Shown in pieces: positions 9,077 to 18,855 of a stretch of DNA of 39,001 nucleotides. Numbering within the stretch: the stretch's first letter is position 1; each line of letters opens with the position of its first letter. The notes below the pieces were generated by a model. The model did not search any database, was not told the origin of the DNA, and saw only the letters and a program-made list of their open reading frames with translations. Source of the DNA: Candidatus Curtissbacteria bacterium (lineage in GTDB: Bacteria; Patescibacteriota; Microgenomatia; Curtissbacterales; GWA2-41-24); contig JACQIV010000014.1 of NCBI GenBank assembly GCA_016198325.1, forward strand, positions 1-39,001, in the 5' to 3' direction. A program made the translations under genes and the position numbers.

Positions 9077-11983
9077 CTACCTCAGTTCAACTTTAGTTTG
9101 GATATCAGTTTCTGATACTTCCAGATTAAGTTTATTGTCCGAAAAGGTAGGGACTACATAGTTATTATTCAGCTGAATATCCACAACCTCCCAAGGCAAA
9201 AAGGGTAGTCGGACAAACGTTTTTCCGCCACATCCGTTTTGCACATTTAAAGTAAATGTCTTTGCACTTTTTTCCCAATCAACAGAAATTTCCCCGCATG
9301 ATGCTTTAATGCTAGTAGATGTTTTGTCGGTAATAATCATTGGTTCAATAGTCGTACTTTTAAAACCGGGGGATGCCGGCCTAATTCCTCCAACATATGC
9401 CGGCAAAAAGTAAGTTGGCGTTCCGGCCCAGGCGTGGGTTAAAGAGCCCTGGGGACGCGAACTAATTCTTGGGTCAAAAGTCTCCCAGGTAGAGACTGCA
9501 CCGCGTCTTAACATTTCGCCCCAGTAATTATTCATTAGATTCTTAACTTGCACCGCATCCCCGAATTGTTGCATAACCATTAAATAAAACAGGTTAAAGT
9601 AACCCGTTATAAACGTCGGGTTTTTAACTCTGAGACTATCGTAAATAATTTTGGAAAATTCAGCATCAAAAGTGTTGCTCCAAAGAAAAGCAACCAGTGC
9701 ATGCGGCTCCAATTCCGCCAAATTTTTACCGGAAAGCAGTTCGCGGTTTTTTTGCACCTGTTCCTCTTTTAATTTTCCGAATTTTTCCGATTTCTGCACA
9801 TCTCTTTCTTTATACAATTCCTCTAAATCAGCCAGGTTTTTAGTATAGAAGGCTGTAAGGATTAGATTTGTATCGGAAGGCACATCTCCGGGCGAAAGAT
9901 GGTTAGTCCAGCCCGTTAAGACTTGACCAAGTTCCAAATCGGTTGGCCTGTCTTGGTTAATAAGCCCGAATGGCTCTTGCAATTTCGAAACAGCTGCTAC
10001 AATTTTCTCTGCCGTCGGAAGCAGCTGGTTTAAAGCCTCCTCATCATTGGTGTAAAGGTAGTAATCCTTCAAGAAACTGACAAAAAGAAGATTATAGGAA
10101 AGAATCGTTTGATTAAGACTTGAAGGGAATACTGTTTCGATTAAACCGGTCGGTTTCTGGCTCGAAGCATATTCATATAAAGCCTTTTTTGCCAGGTCAC
10201 GGCTATCAAGGCTATAAAAACCCATAAGCATCTCAACGTAGGCATCTCCAAGGTATTGTGAACGTTCGTGAACAAAACTATCCTCAAACTGGTTCTGCAT
10301 GGCATATTTAAGAGTATCCTCGCCTAGTCTGTAAGTTTTATTTAATAATTCGTCGGAGCTTTTAAAATCGCCGACTTTGCCGGCCGGATAACTAACGGCA
10401 AAAAATTTAACTGATGTATCCACGTCCGCATCTGGCTCAGTTGTAACTTTAATTAATCTCATACCTCTCCGGCCGAAAGTTTTATAAGTAAATTCTCCAG
10501 CTCTATCAGTAATAATTTTATCTTTCTGGACCATGCTGCTTTCCCAATCCTCAAAATACTGAGCTGTTATTGTTGTTGAACCGGAAGCTTTAAAAGTAAA
10601 TTGGGGAAAACCGGCCACGACCTTTTCAAAATCAAACCAGAGCGCCCCGTCTTTTTTGAATACTAACTTAGGAGAAATCTCGCTATATGATAACGGCAAA
10701 ATTTCTCGTGCATAAAGATTTTGTTTCTTTTCGACTAAAGCCTCTTTCGCATTTTTAAACTTAACTGCCTGAGGGGTAAAATCATATATTTCGCGATAAA
10801 GCCCGGAGTTAATTTCATGATGTTTGACCTTGGCGCTTTCAAGGTCAACCTTTTGCCATCCGGTTTGGCCTGTAACCAGCCATGTCCGGTTAGTAGATAA
10901 AGCTAATTTTAACCCTGCAATTTCATAAGAAAATTCGGCCAAAACCCCGCCCGGAATTTGTTTTTGGAAATGAGTTTCGTGGTTATAGCTATAAGCAAAA
11001 ATCTCAATTTGATTTTTCCCTTCACGAAGGAAAGAAGATAAATCGTACTCGTCAAAATAAAGCCTTTTTTCATCTATCGGTCCGGGTCCTTCTCCAACAA
11101 ATTGGCCATTTAAAAAAAGCCGATACCTGCTTTTAGCAGTAATTGTTGCTTTGGCTTGTTTTGCAAACTTACCCGGGACATATAAATTCTTTTTAAATTT
11201 AAGATATTGATCATTCGTCTGTATATCTGCCCAGATCCATCTACTCTCGCCAAACTGTGAAGTAGTTTTAACACTCAATATGCAAAAAACAAAAAATATA
11301 CCAACAAGCACAAATATTGCTGTTTTAAGTTTAAATTCAGGTCTTAACAAGGGATAAGTTAACATCAGCAGAGATAAAATAAGTAGAAAAACGGGTAAAT
11401 AGTCAAAAAAACTAATCGGAATGAAAAATAGTTGCAATTTGTTAAAAATAATATTTTCAAGTGGAGCCGACCAAATTGCTCGGCCTAACCATAATCCAAC
11501 TACGACTAATATCGAAAAATAATACAAATTATTAACCTTGTAATTTCTTTTCCATAAGATCATTATTGTCAAAATTACCGGCGTATAAATAAGACTTTGG
11601 AGTTTGTGCTGCTTAAGGTTTACAAATGTTTCAATGTAAATAAGCAAACTGGAAGCAAGAAACAACCCGGTAGACACGTCATTCTTCTTTTTAAAATGGA
11701 GAAAAGTTAACGCCCATAACGCAAAAAGCAGAGTATTCGGTAAGTATTTTATAGTTGCAATATAAGATTGGTTCTGAAGGTAAGGAATTAAAAATGACGG
11801 AAACGATGTGAACTTACTGTTTAATATAAGGGCAAGCTCAAGTAATTTTTTACTAATTGCGGAATGTTGGTAGTAAACATCGGTTGGAATTGCAAAATAG
11901 ATAAGAAGAATTAACAATACGTCAAATGCAAGTATCGCCAGTATCGGCAAGCGTAGCAACTTTCTTTGTTTAATCCGTGTCAT
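9077..11983 (-). CDS. GH78 alpha-L-rhamnosidase-like protein fused to a polytopic membrane N-terminus
   Basis: Y.LFLNG..VG.GP, FDF....AG, D...HER.QYLGD, GA.STWE, SLTHAW..TP, GIRP..PGF; about 240 aa hydrophobic N-terminus. Confidence 0.85.
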   Translation of the reverse strand: MTRIKQRKLLRLPILAILAFDVLLILLIYFAIPTDVYYQHSAISKKLLELALILNSKFTSFPSFLIPYLQNQSYIATIKYLPNTLLFALWALTFLHFKKKNDVSTGLFLASSLLIYIETFVNLKQHKLQSLIYTPVILTIMILWKRNYKVNNLYYFSILVVVGLWLGRAIWSAPLENIIFNKLQLFFIPISFFDYLPVFLLILSLLMLTYPLLRPEFKLKTAIFVLVGIFFVFCILSVKTTSQFGESRWIWADIQTNDQYLKFKKNLYVPGKFAKQAKATITAKSRYRLFLNGQFVGEGPGPIDEKRLYFDEYDLSSFLREGKNQIEIFAYSYNHETHFQKQIPGGVLAEFSYEIAGLKLALSTNRTWLVTGQTGWQKVDLESAKVKHHEINSGLYREIYDFTPQAVKFKNAKEALVEKKQNLYAREILPLSYSEISPKLVFKKDGALWFDFEKVVAGFPQFTFKASGSTTITAQYFEDWESSMVQKDKIITDRAGEFTYKTFGRRGMRLIKVTTEPDADVDTSVKFFAVSYPAGKVGDFKSSDELLNKTYRLGEDTLKYAMQNQFEDSFVHERSQYLGDAYVEMLMGFYSLDSRDLAKKALYEYASSQKPTGLIETVFPSSLNQTILSYNLLFVSFLKDYYLYTNDEEALNQLLPTAEKIVAAVSKLQEPFGLINQDRPTDLELGQVLTGWTNHLSPGDVPSDTNLILTAFYTKNLADLEELYKERDVQKSEKFGKLKEEQVQKNRELLSGKNLAELEPHALVAFLWSNTFDAEFSKIIYDSLRVKNPTFITGYFNLFYLMVMQQFGDAVQVKNLMNNYWGEMLRRGAVSTWETFDPRISSRPQGSLTHAWAGTPTYFLPAYVGGIRPASPGFKSTTIEPMIITDKTSTSIKASCGEISVDWEKSAKTFTLNVQNGCGGKTFVRLPFLPWEVVDIQLNNNYVVPTFSDNKLNLEVSETDIQTKVELR

Positions 11984-12082
11984 CGCCTGAGAGATATTAC
12001 AATTTTATCGCATGCAAAATCGTCGGCTATAGTCTCTCCTTTAATTGACACCCACCGCAAGTTCCCCCTACGATAGAATTTG

Positions 12083-12619
12083 ATGGTACCAAAAACCGTT
12101 ATCAAATTAATCGACGAAGCAATTATCCCTGCAATTCTCTTAATTTCTGCCAAGATATTTGGGTTAATCGGAGCATCACTCATCTTTGGCCTCCCATTTT
12201 CAATTCATGGTCGCAAAATACTGGCAATTTTACCCTCAGTACAATTTGCCAACTTTCAGGATTACATTGTGGCCGAAAACTATTCCAATTTGGCTATGTT
12301 TATAGCCGCAGCTGCAGGCACAATGTATATCCTTGTAAAAGCCCATTTTTTCCACGAAAGCCATATTCACCCGAAACTTCAGGCAAAGCTTGCTAAACTG
12401 AACCTGGAATCACTAATAACGCCTAGTTATCATCTTTATCACCAAGCGGCAATTTGGCTGACCTTTCTTTGGTTAACTGTTGCTTTCATGTTTATTTCTT
12501 CTATCCTAAAAATTACATATCCTCAAATAACCATAATTGCCTTTATTGTTGCCGCCAATTTTTCCTGGGTTTTCGCAATCGACGTGGAAAAAGAAATAGA
12601 GCTTTCTAGGGAGACTTGA
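12083..12619 (+). CDS. Hypothetical integral membrane protein (about 4 TM)
   Basis: Hydrophobic ORF; TAGAAT box upstream; abuts the next gene. Confidence 0.8.
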   Translation: MVPKTVIKLIDEAIIPAILLISAKIFGLIGASLIFGLPFSIHGRKILAILPSVQFANFQDYIVAENYSNLAMFIAAAAGTMYILVKAHFFHESHIHPKLQAKLAKLNLESLITPSYHLYHQAAIWLTFLWLTVAFMFISSILKITYPQITIIAFIVAANFSWVFAIDVEKEIELSRET

Positions 12620-13039
12620 ATGAAAAAAAAGCATTTTCTTTATACTCTTGCCAATTTCTCAACATTTATGGTTTTGGCAGCAATTGTAGCAGCGCCATTA
12701 TATTTTGCTTCGAAATTTACACAAGTTGCGGGCGTTAAATCCCAAAGTACTTATTTGATAATTTCCCAGGCGGAAAAATTTCCCGGGATGAAGTTTTCCC
12801 AGGATGGAACAACTTATTCCCTCAATTTGCCCAATTCCGCAGAGGCTTACCTCGCAGTACTAATTCTCAATAACCCGACGAATCAAAGCAGGACTTACCA
12901 AATAGAAAGTAGTGATGGATTCTTCTTTGGGGATAATTTGGACGAAAAACTCAAATCGATTTCATTACCGGCAGGTGCATCGGTTCCGGTAAGTGTCCAG
13001 TCCAAAGATAATAGCGAGGTAGAATTTTCGGTTAAATAA
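12620..13039 (+). CDS. Hypothetical membrane-anchored protein
   Basis: N-terminal TM followed by QVAGV motif and beta-rich domain; starts directly after the upstream stop. Confidence 0.75.
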   Translation: MKKKHFLYTLANFSTFMVLAAIVAAPLYFASKFTQVAGVKSQSTYLIISQAEKFPGMKFSQDGTTYSLNLPNSAEAYLAVLILNNPTNQSRTYQIESSDGFFFGDNLDEKLKSISLPAGASVPVSVQSKDNSEVEFSVK

Positions 13040-13092
13040 TTGAAGATAGATTCCCAATTAACAATGAACGATAAACTATTAACGATAAAATC

Positions 13093-14103
13093 CTATTGTA
13101 AAAACCGAATAAACCTTGCCGGCAAAAATCCGCTTCCGTAAATAATCACAAAGACAACAAAAATCCACAAAATCACCACAGAAAGGAGTGGTACATCGGA
13201 AAGCAAAACCCGCTCCGGTGATTCGCCTTCTTTTTTCTCGTGTATTACGTACAGATAACGCATGACCCCGTAAATCACAAACGGCACAGTGGCCATCAAC
13301 CATTTCGAAGCAAGCAAAGTCCTTGGCAAATAGTCGCCGAATAAAACCAGCACTTGTGGGCCGGCAGAAGGCGGCGGTTGCAGGAACGTAAACATCGTAT
13401 ACGAAAGCCAGGTTGCAGTTGCAAACATAATGGTTAATGAATCAAGAAGCGTTTCGGGGTAGTGCAACAAAATTGCCCTCGTAGTCAAATTTTTACTTTG
13501 GGTACCCAAAAGTAACGTTCTTTCCGACCTTCTTTTCCCGATTGCCAGAAACAGCGAAAGACATGCAACAGTTAGGATAAACCAGACAGTAACATGCGCG
13601 TCAATTAAAACCCCTCCTGCGTAAACCCGAAGAAGGAAACCGGAAGCAATTGCCATGACATCAAGCAATATGACAGATCTTAAGAAGAGGGAATAAGAAA
13701 GTTGCAGTATTGCATAAGCAAGTAATACTATCGAAAAAAATCCTGAAAGTTTACCGGCAGTAATGTACGAAACCCCAATCAACATGGAAGCAACGAACAA
13801 TGCAAGTATAGGGCTTACTTTTCCGGCAGCAATCGGCCTTTTGCGCTTGAACGGATGTTCTCTGTCCTTTTTTAAATCAATAACATCGTTGATAAGATAA
13901 ATTCCGGAAGTTAATGCGGTAAATATTAAAAACCCGACCGTTGTTGTTGCAAATTTTTCCGGGTTAAAAAATTCTCCTTCAAAGACAAGCGGAGCATAAA
14001 GTGCCAGGTTTTTAAGCCACTGTCGGGGCCTTGCGGAAACAAAAAGCCAAAAGGGAAGCCAGATTACTTTTGGCCCTTTATTGGTAAAGTCATATGTAGC
14101 CAA
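13093..14103 (-). CDS. UbiA family, decaprenyl-phosphate phosphoribosyltransferase-like
   Basis: RPRQWLKN, YLINDVID...DREHP.KR.RPIAAG, LDV..IA.GF.LR, GKRRSE, RY, ESPE. Confidence 0.88.
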   Translation of the reverse strand: MATYDFTNKGPKVIWLPFWLFVSARPRQWLKNLALYAPLVFEGEFFNPEKFATTTVGFLIFTALTSGIYLINDVIDLKKDREHPFKRKRPIAAGKVSPILALFVASMLIGVSYITAGKLSGFFSIVLLAYAILQLSYSLFLRSVILLDVMAIASGFLLRVYAGGVLIDAHVTVWFILTVACLSLFLAIGKRRSERTLLLGTQSKNLTTRAILLHYPETLLDSLTIMFATATWLSYTMFTFLQPPPSAGPQVLVLFGDYLPRTLLASKWLMATVPFVIYGVMRYLYVIHEKKEGESPERVLLSDVPLLSVVILWIFVVFVIIYGSGFLPARFIRFLQ

Positions 14104-15149
14104 ATCAAGCCTCCCAAAACAATAATACCGATTATCAAAATTGCAAATACTTTACCTGTTGAATTCAGGTTTAGCGCAATCGCCCCCAAAATAGCACACA
14201 GAATCCAATAAAACAAGGCAACTTGCCTTTGCGACAAGCCAAGAGATAACAGTTTATGGTGCAAATGACCACGGTCTCCCACAAGTGGCGATTTTTTCGA
14301 AGATAATCTGCGGATAATCGTAAAAACACCGTCTGTTAAAGGAACAACCATAACTAAAACAGCCGTGCCGACTTTTGCGCCCGAAAGAATTGCTAAAACT
14401 GCAACCAAAAAGCCCAAAAAATAAGAACCCGAATCACCGGGAAAAATCCGTGCAGGGGCAAAATTGAATACCAAAAAACCCAAAGTTACTGCGGCACCAA
14501 TCAGCGAAAGTAGGGAGACCATGAGTTGAGTGGGGTCGGAATAAGAATATTTAAGGCTCACTAAAAATAGGACAATTAACGCAATAAATACAATTCCCGG
14601 CATTTGCCCGTCGACTCCCGAAGAAAAATTCACCATATTAATGACCCAGACGATCCAAAGCACTGCGAATAAATCGGCAAGTACCAAAATAGAATGCGGT
14701 CCCCAAAAATCAAAAACAATTCTAAGTGTATCAAGCCTCAAGACGGAAAAATCTCCCGGCAAAACAGAAGCAATCGGGTTTGTAATAAAAGCAATTCCGA
14801 CACCGGACCCGACAACTACTATAGCTGCCAGTATTTGAGCAAACAACCTTAATCCTTTATTCAATTCGCGTCTGTCGTCAATAAGCCCGGCAAGTACCAA
14901 AATTAAACCGCCTGCAAAAATTCCAAGTAACTGCCCGCTTATCCCGACAAATAAAAGTGCTGCCAAAAAAAAGGAACAAAATAAAGCAAGCCCCCCTGCT
15001 CTTGGAATAATTGTTTTATGCAGTACTGCGGGATGTTTGTGTTTTTCAGGGTCATCAACATAACCGAATTTTTTAGCCAGATAAATCGTAATTGGAGTAA
15101 AAAGAACAGAAAAAGAAAAAGAAACCAAAAAGACTAATAAAAAAGTCAT
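14064..15149 (-). CDS. MraY/WecA/TagO family polyprenyl-phosphate HexNAc-1-P transferase
   Basis: PRAGG, GLIDD, N.VN...GVDG, FNF.PA.IF.GDSG, D..HLHH. Confidence 0.92.
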   Translation of the reverse strand: MTFLLVFLVSFSFSVLFTPITIYLAKKFGYVDDPEKHKHPAVLHKTIIPRAGGLALFCSFFLAALLFVGISGQLLGIFAGGLILVLAGLIDDRRELNKGLRLFAQILAAIVVVGSGVGIAFITNPIASVLPGDFSVLRLDTLRIVFDFWGPHSILVLADLFAVLWIVWVINMVNFSSGVDGQMPGIVFIALIVLFLVSLKYSYSDPTQLMVSLLSLIGAAVTLGFLVFNFAPARIFPGDSGSYFLGFLVAVLAILSGAKVGTAVLVMVVPLTDGVFTIIRRLSSKKSPLVGDRGHLHHKLLSLGLSQRQVALFYWILCAILGAIALNLNSTGKVFAILIIGIIVLGGLIWLHMTLPIKGQK

Positions 15150-15514
15150 ATTAATAGTTCTACAATCTTAAACAACCCGTAGAAAGAGCTAAAAACAATA
15201 ACGGCTGCTGATCCGCCAAGCGACCTTTTTAAAAATTTATTTTCATCGGACAAAAAAGAGATGATTGCGAAATTAATAACAACACAAACAATAGAAATTG
15301 AAGGGAAAATCCATAAAAAAATCGGCGCACCAAGCATTTTTTCTCCCCAGGGCATCGAATAAAATACGGGGACTTTCGGCGGAAACTGTTTAAGGTTCAC
15401 AAGAATTAGGCCGACTTCAAGTAAAATTAATAGACACGAAACTGAAAGCAACAAAAATAAAAGTTTATCCCGTGATAAACTTTCCCGCTCCAACACCAGT
15501 TGCTTAAAAGTCAT
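15146..15514 (-). CDS. Small 3-TM membrane protein
   Basis: P.KVP.FYS.PWG motif; 4-bp overlap with the next gene. Confidence 0.75.
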   Translation of the reverse strand: MTFKQLVLERESLSRDKLLFLLLSVSCLLILLEVGLILVNLKQFPPKVPVFYSMPWGEKMLGAPIFLWIFPSISIVCVVINFAIISFLSDENKFLKRSLGGSAAVIVFSSFYGLFKIVELLI

Positions 15515-15556
15515 TTAAAAATTCTCGATCTCCATCCTAATATCCTTGTTACCCAA

Positions 15557-17041
15557 CTATTTCCTTTGCCAAACCTCACTGCCTTCAACTTTAGCCACAA
15601 AAGTATAATGGGAAGATAGTATTTTCTCAAGAGCCTCAAAATATCCTATTGAGCTTTTGGGTTTGATAATAAAAACCGGTAAGTTCGCACGCAAATCTTC
15701 CTCCACTTCGCGCTTACCGTCCGGTACTCCGAATACATGGAAAGAAGTAACATAACGGCTTGGATTCCAAAGGTCGCCAATCGCATATAACCAGGGCCAG
15801 TCTCCCCAAATATAAACGGTTTTGCCGGCACCACCACTTGCCTTTAGAAAGTCCAATGTTCCCATTATCGAATTTACCCCTCCGTCAAAATAATTATTAT
15901 AGTCAGCAGTAGATTTATTTCCCCTGGCATAATCCAGAAAATTTGCCCAGTACTTAAACTGGTTCAACGGCCCCCCCGACAAAAAATCACGGAACAAAGT
16001 TTGGGTTAAAAAGATAAGTGGAACAAAGAAAAAAATTGCAAAAATAGCCCCTGCCTTCGTTAGTTTCACCGGTAGCTTTATTGAAGCAATTGTCAGCGCA
16101 ACAGCAGGTGCAGCCTGGATAAGGTAATGCCCGTAAGTCCTCCCCGAAAAATAACTGCCCAAAAACGAGAACCCAAGCCACAATAAAAACAAGTGGGAGA
16201 TTTCGACTTTCCCTCTCACCTTGTTAAAAAGTCCGTATAAAATTGCCGATGCCGGCGCCATAAACTTCGCCGCGTTTATAAAAATGGCGTACTTTGGACT
16301 CTCCTGTAGATAAATCCTGTAATACGTGTATGCTGCAAAAATATAGTCGTCAACAAGTTTTTTTGGTGCAAAATATAAAACGGTAACAACATATGGAATA
16401 GCAAAACCGACTCCCATCATAATTGCCGAATAAAAAATTTGCTTGATGCTTTTTAAGTACAGAAAAACAAAAATTCCAAGCGCCACAGCCTCAAGCGCAC
16501 CGACTTGTTTATAAAGTGAAGCAATTGCAAACAAAAATCCGGCAGCAAATAGTGAAGGTAAGTCAAAATTACGCTTGATCGCTACTAACATCGCAAGCGT
16601 AATCGGTAAAACCATAAATATTTCCGTTAATGCTAAATTACCTTCAACCAACCTCAGCGAAGTAATAAGGCCGAAGATAAAACTTGCAACAAGTGCCCGT
16701 TTTTCTCCCAAAACTGCCTGCCCTATCTCATAAATGACCGCAGCTGTTCCCAGTACAACAACGATCGTTACAAGTCTTAGCCAGAACATCGAAACCCCGA
16801 ATGTTGCAAAAATAGCCTGGTATGTCAGGTAAATCATTGGTGGTTTGTTATCCCAGGCAGTTTCATAAAGAACACCGCCAAGGTTTAAGTTCCTGGCAAC
16901 CGCAGCAAAAATGCCCTCATCCCCATACCAAAAGGGCTCAAAGAGCGAGGGGAAACGCAGCACAAAGGTCAAAAGCAAAATACCGGCAAGTATCAAGTGA
17001 TGATGTTTATATTGTTTTTTAAGTGCCTGAATTATCTTCAT
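15557..17041 (-). CDS. GT-C (ArnT/PMT-like) glycosyltransferase
   Basis: DEG.F, LY...WDNKPP, many TM helices, YGHY. Confidence 0.85.
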   Translation of the reverse strand: MKIIQALKKQYKHHHLILAGILLLTFVLRFPSLFEPFWYGDEGIFAAVARNLNLGGVLYETAWDNKPPMIYLTYQAIFATFGVSMFWLRLVTIVVVLGTAAVIYEIGQAVLGEKRALVASFIFGLITSLRLVEGNLALTEIFMVLPITLAMLVAIKRNFDLPSLFAAGFLFAIASLYKQVGALEAVALGIFVFLYLKSIKQIFYSAIMMGVGFAIPYVVTVLYFAPKKLVDDYIFAAYTYYRIYLQESPKYAIFINAAKFMAPASAILYGLFNKVRGKVEISHLFLLWLGFSFLGSYFSGRTYGHYLIQAAPAVALTIASIKLPVKLTKAGAIFAIFFFVPLIFLTQTLFRDFLSGGPLNQFKYWANFLDYARGNKSTADYNNYFDGGVNSIMGTLDFLKASGGAGKTVYIWGDWPWLYAIGDLWNPSRYVTSFHVFGVPDGKREVEEDLRANLPVFIIKPKSSIGYFEALEKILSSHYTFVAKVEGSEVWQRK

Positions 17042-17074
17042 AACCAACCTCTAATGACCAATACCTAACCTCTA

Positions 17075-18382
17075 TTACCTAACTTCTAAACTCGGCCCCG
17101 GCCTAAGTTCCAGATACCGTCTTTCCGGTGCTTCGTCTACTTTAACAACACCGTTTGCCTCATACGCGTCAAGCAGGCTTTTACCCGAAAATTGCACCAG
17201 ACCCTCCGGCAATACTATCAGTTCGTTTTCAAGTCCAAAGCGGTTTCTGTAATAAAGGGCTTCTGCAAAAGAAGGCAATACGGTAACAATCGGCTCGTTA
17301 CCAACTTTTCCTACAATCTGTTCCTCATACACCTGCTTGAAACCGTACGTATAACGCGAAAATGTTAGAAGGTCGATAGCCAAAGCAAGTCCAATTATCG
17401 CGCCAACTGTTGGTATATAAAAATATTTTCCAAGTCTTTGGGCAGTATGGACAAGAACCAGTGAAAGCGGGATTGAAGCATTGATTAAATAACGCCAGAA
17501 AAAAATCGGCCTGAACGGTACACTAACATTTCCTGCCTTAAATCCCGGAAGGGTTGCCAGGACAAAGGGAACAGTTGCCCAGAGCCAGATTAAAAGATAT
17601 GGTTTTTCGAATTTATGTCGGAGGGCGTGCTGGATAATCCCAATGGTCAATAAGCTTATCGAAAAGCCAAACAAAAAAGGCCGGAAAATATTTTTGTGCT
17701 CTCCCCCCAAAATCCTCAAAAGAGCCTCATAATGAGTCCGCCCGTCAACTTGCCCAATCCAATAACTCTCTTTAACCGAAGTCACTTGTGAATATAAAAA
17801 AGGGATCCAAGGCAAATATAGAAGTGCCACAACAAAGTAAAGGCCAAACATCTTAAAGAATATTTTTCTGTCTAAAAGCAACAGGTAAAGGCCTTGGGCA
17901 GCCAGTGTAAAAAACATGTAATAGTGGGTATAAATTCCAAGAGTAGAAAATAAGACAAATCCCAATGCTCTCAGCTTTGTGAATCCTTCAGAAATTCTAA
18001 TCAAAAAATAGACTGACCCGACTGCCGTGAAAGCAAACATTGTGTAGTTTCTGGCTTCATATGCATAAGTAAAGAAGATGGGGTTCAAAGCAACAACTAA
18101 AGTTGAGACCAATCCAAAAATTTTGCCTTTTATTTCCGAAGCTAGCTTCCAGACCAAAAATAACGTCAGAAAATAAAAAATAATGGAAACCGAACGGGTA
18201 ACAATTTCCGTTGGAGGGAAAAATTTATACACAATTTCAATTACCGAATAATAAGCCGGCGGATGAAAATCCGCAGCCGTCGTTTTTAACATTTGCAAAT
18301 AGGGGAGTTGCGAAATCAGAGAAGTCCACGCCTCATCCCCCCAAAAGCCCCGCGTAAGATAATTTTGGGAAAACGAGAACAT
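17075..18382 (-). CDS. GT-C (ArnT/PMT-like) glycosyltransferase
   Basis: FWGDEA, DFHPP.YY, YA.EARNY, YTHYY; ATG at 18382 lies 7 nt after a TATACT box. Confidence 0.85.
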   Translation of the reverse strand: MFSFSQNYLTRGFWGDEAWTSLISQLPYLQMLKTTAADFHPPAYYSVIEIVYKFFPPTEIVTRSVSIIFYFLTLFLVWKLASEIKGKIFGLVSTLVVALNPIFFTYAYEARNYTMFAFTAVGSVYFLIRISEGFTKLRALGFVLFSTLGIYTHYYMFFTLAAQGLYLLLLDRKIFFKMFGLYFVVALLYLPWIPFLYSQVTSVKESYWIGQVDGRTHYEALLRILGGEHKNIFRPFLFGFSISLLTIGIIQHALRHKFEKPYLLIWLWATVPFVLATLPGFKAGNVSVPFRPIFFWRYLINASIPLSLVLVHTAQRLGKYFYIPTVGAIIGLALAIDLLTFSRYTYGFKQVYEEQIVGKVGNEPIVTVLPSFAEALYYRNRFGLENELIVLPEGLVQFSGKSLLDAYEANGVVKVDEAPERRYLELRPGPSLEVR

Positions 18383-18470
18383 TAAGTTAAGTATAGCGAA
18401 TAAACCGTCGTTTTTTACAATCCATTTTCGGTTTGACGGCGATTGCTTCAAGTTTCCTCTAACCCTATAG

Positions 18471-18499
18471 TTGCTTTTAGACCAACCAAATGGTAGAAT
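18471..18499 (+). promoter_or_regulatory. Sigma70-type promoter for the Zn-ribbon/DEAD-box operon
   Basis: TTGCTT-17 nt-TAGAAT with TG extension. Confidence 0.6.
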
Positions 18500-18606
18500 T
18501 AACAAACTTAAGTTGAGCGACTAAAAGTTTTTGCTACCCCGGGAAGCTAATCTCCTTACAGACAAAAATCCTATTTAATCTCTCATTAAGAAGTAAAGAT
18601 GAATTT

Positions 18607-18855
18607 ATGGACATAGCATCGGAAACCGTTTGCATCCGCTGTGGTAAAAAAAGAATTTTCCTGAAAAAATGGTCCGAAAAAGCGGACGGAAAAGGAAAGC
18701 TCCTCACTTACACACAGACGATTTGCCCGGATAAAAAATGCCAGGAAATTGTAGACGCAAAGTTTACGGAAATGCGCGAACGCAGGGAAATGTCCGAAGA
18801 AAAAAGAAAACATAATTTAATTAATAGAAAGTTAAAACATCAAACAACAAAATGA
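18607..18855 (+). CDS. Small Cys4 zinc-ribbon-like protein with charged helical tail
   Basis: CIRC...CPDKKC; ATGA overlap with the helicase. Confidence 0.75.
   Translation: MDIASETVCIRCGKKRIFLKKWSEKADGKGKLLTYTQTICPDKKCQEIVDAKFTEMRERREMSEEKRKHNLINRKLKHQTTK

Noticed and set aside
18383-18505. Upstream extension of the GT-C ORF to 18505
   Set aside because: It overlaps the divergent promoter; ATG at 18382 has its own -10 box.
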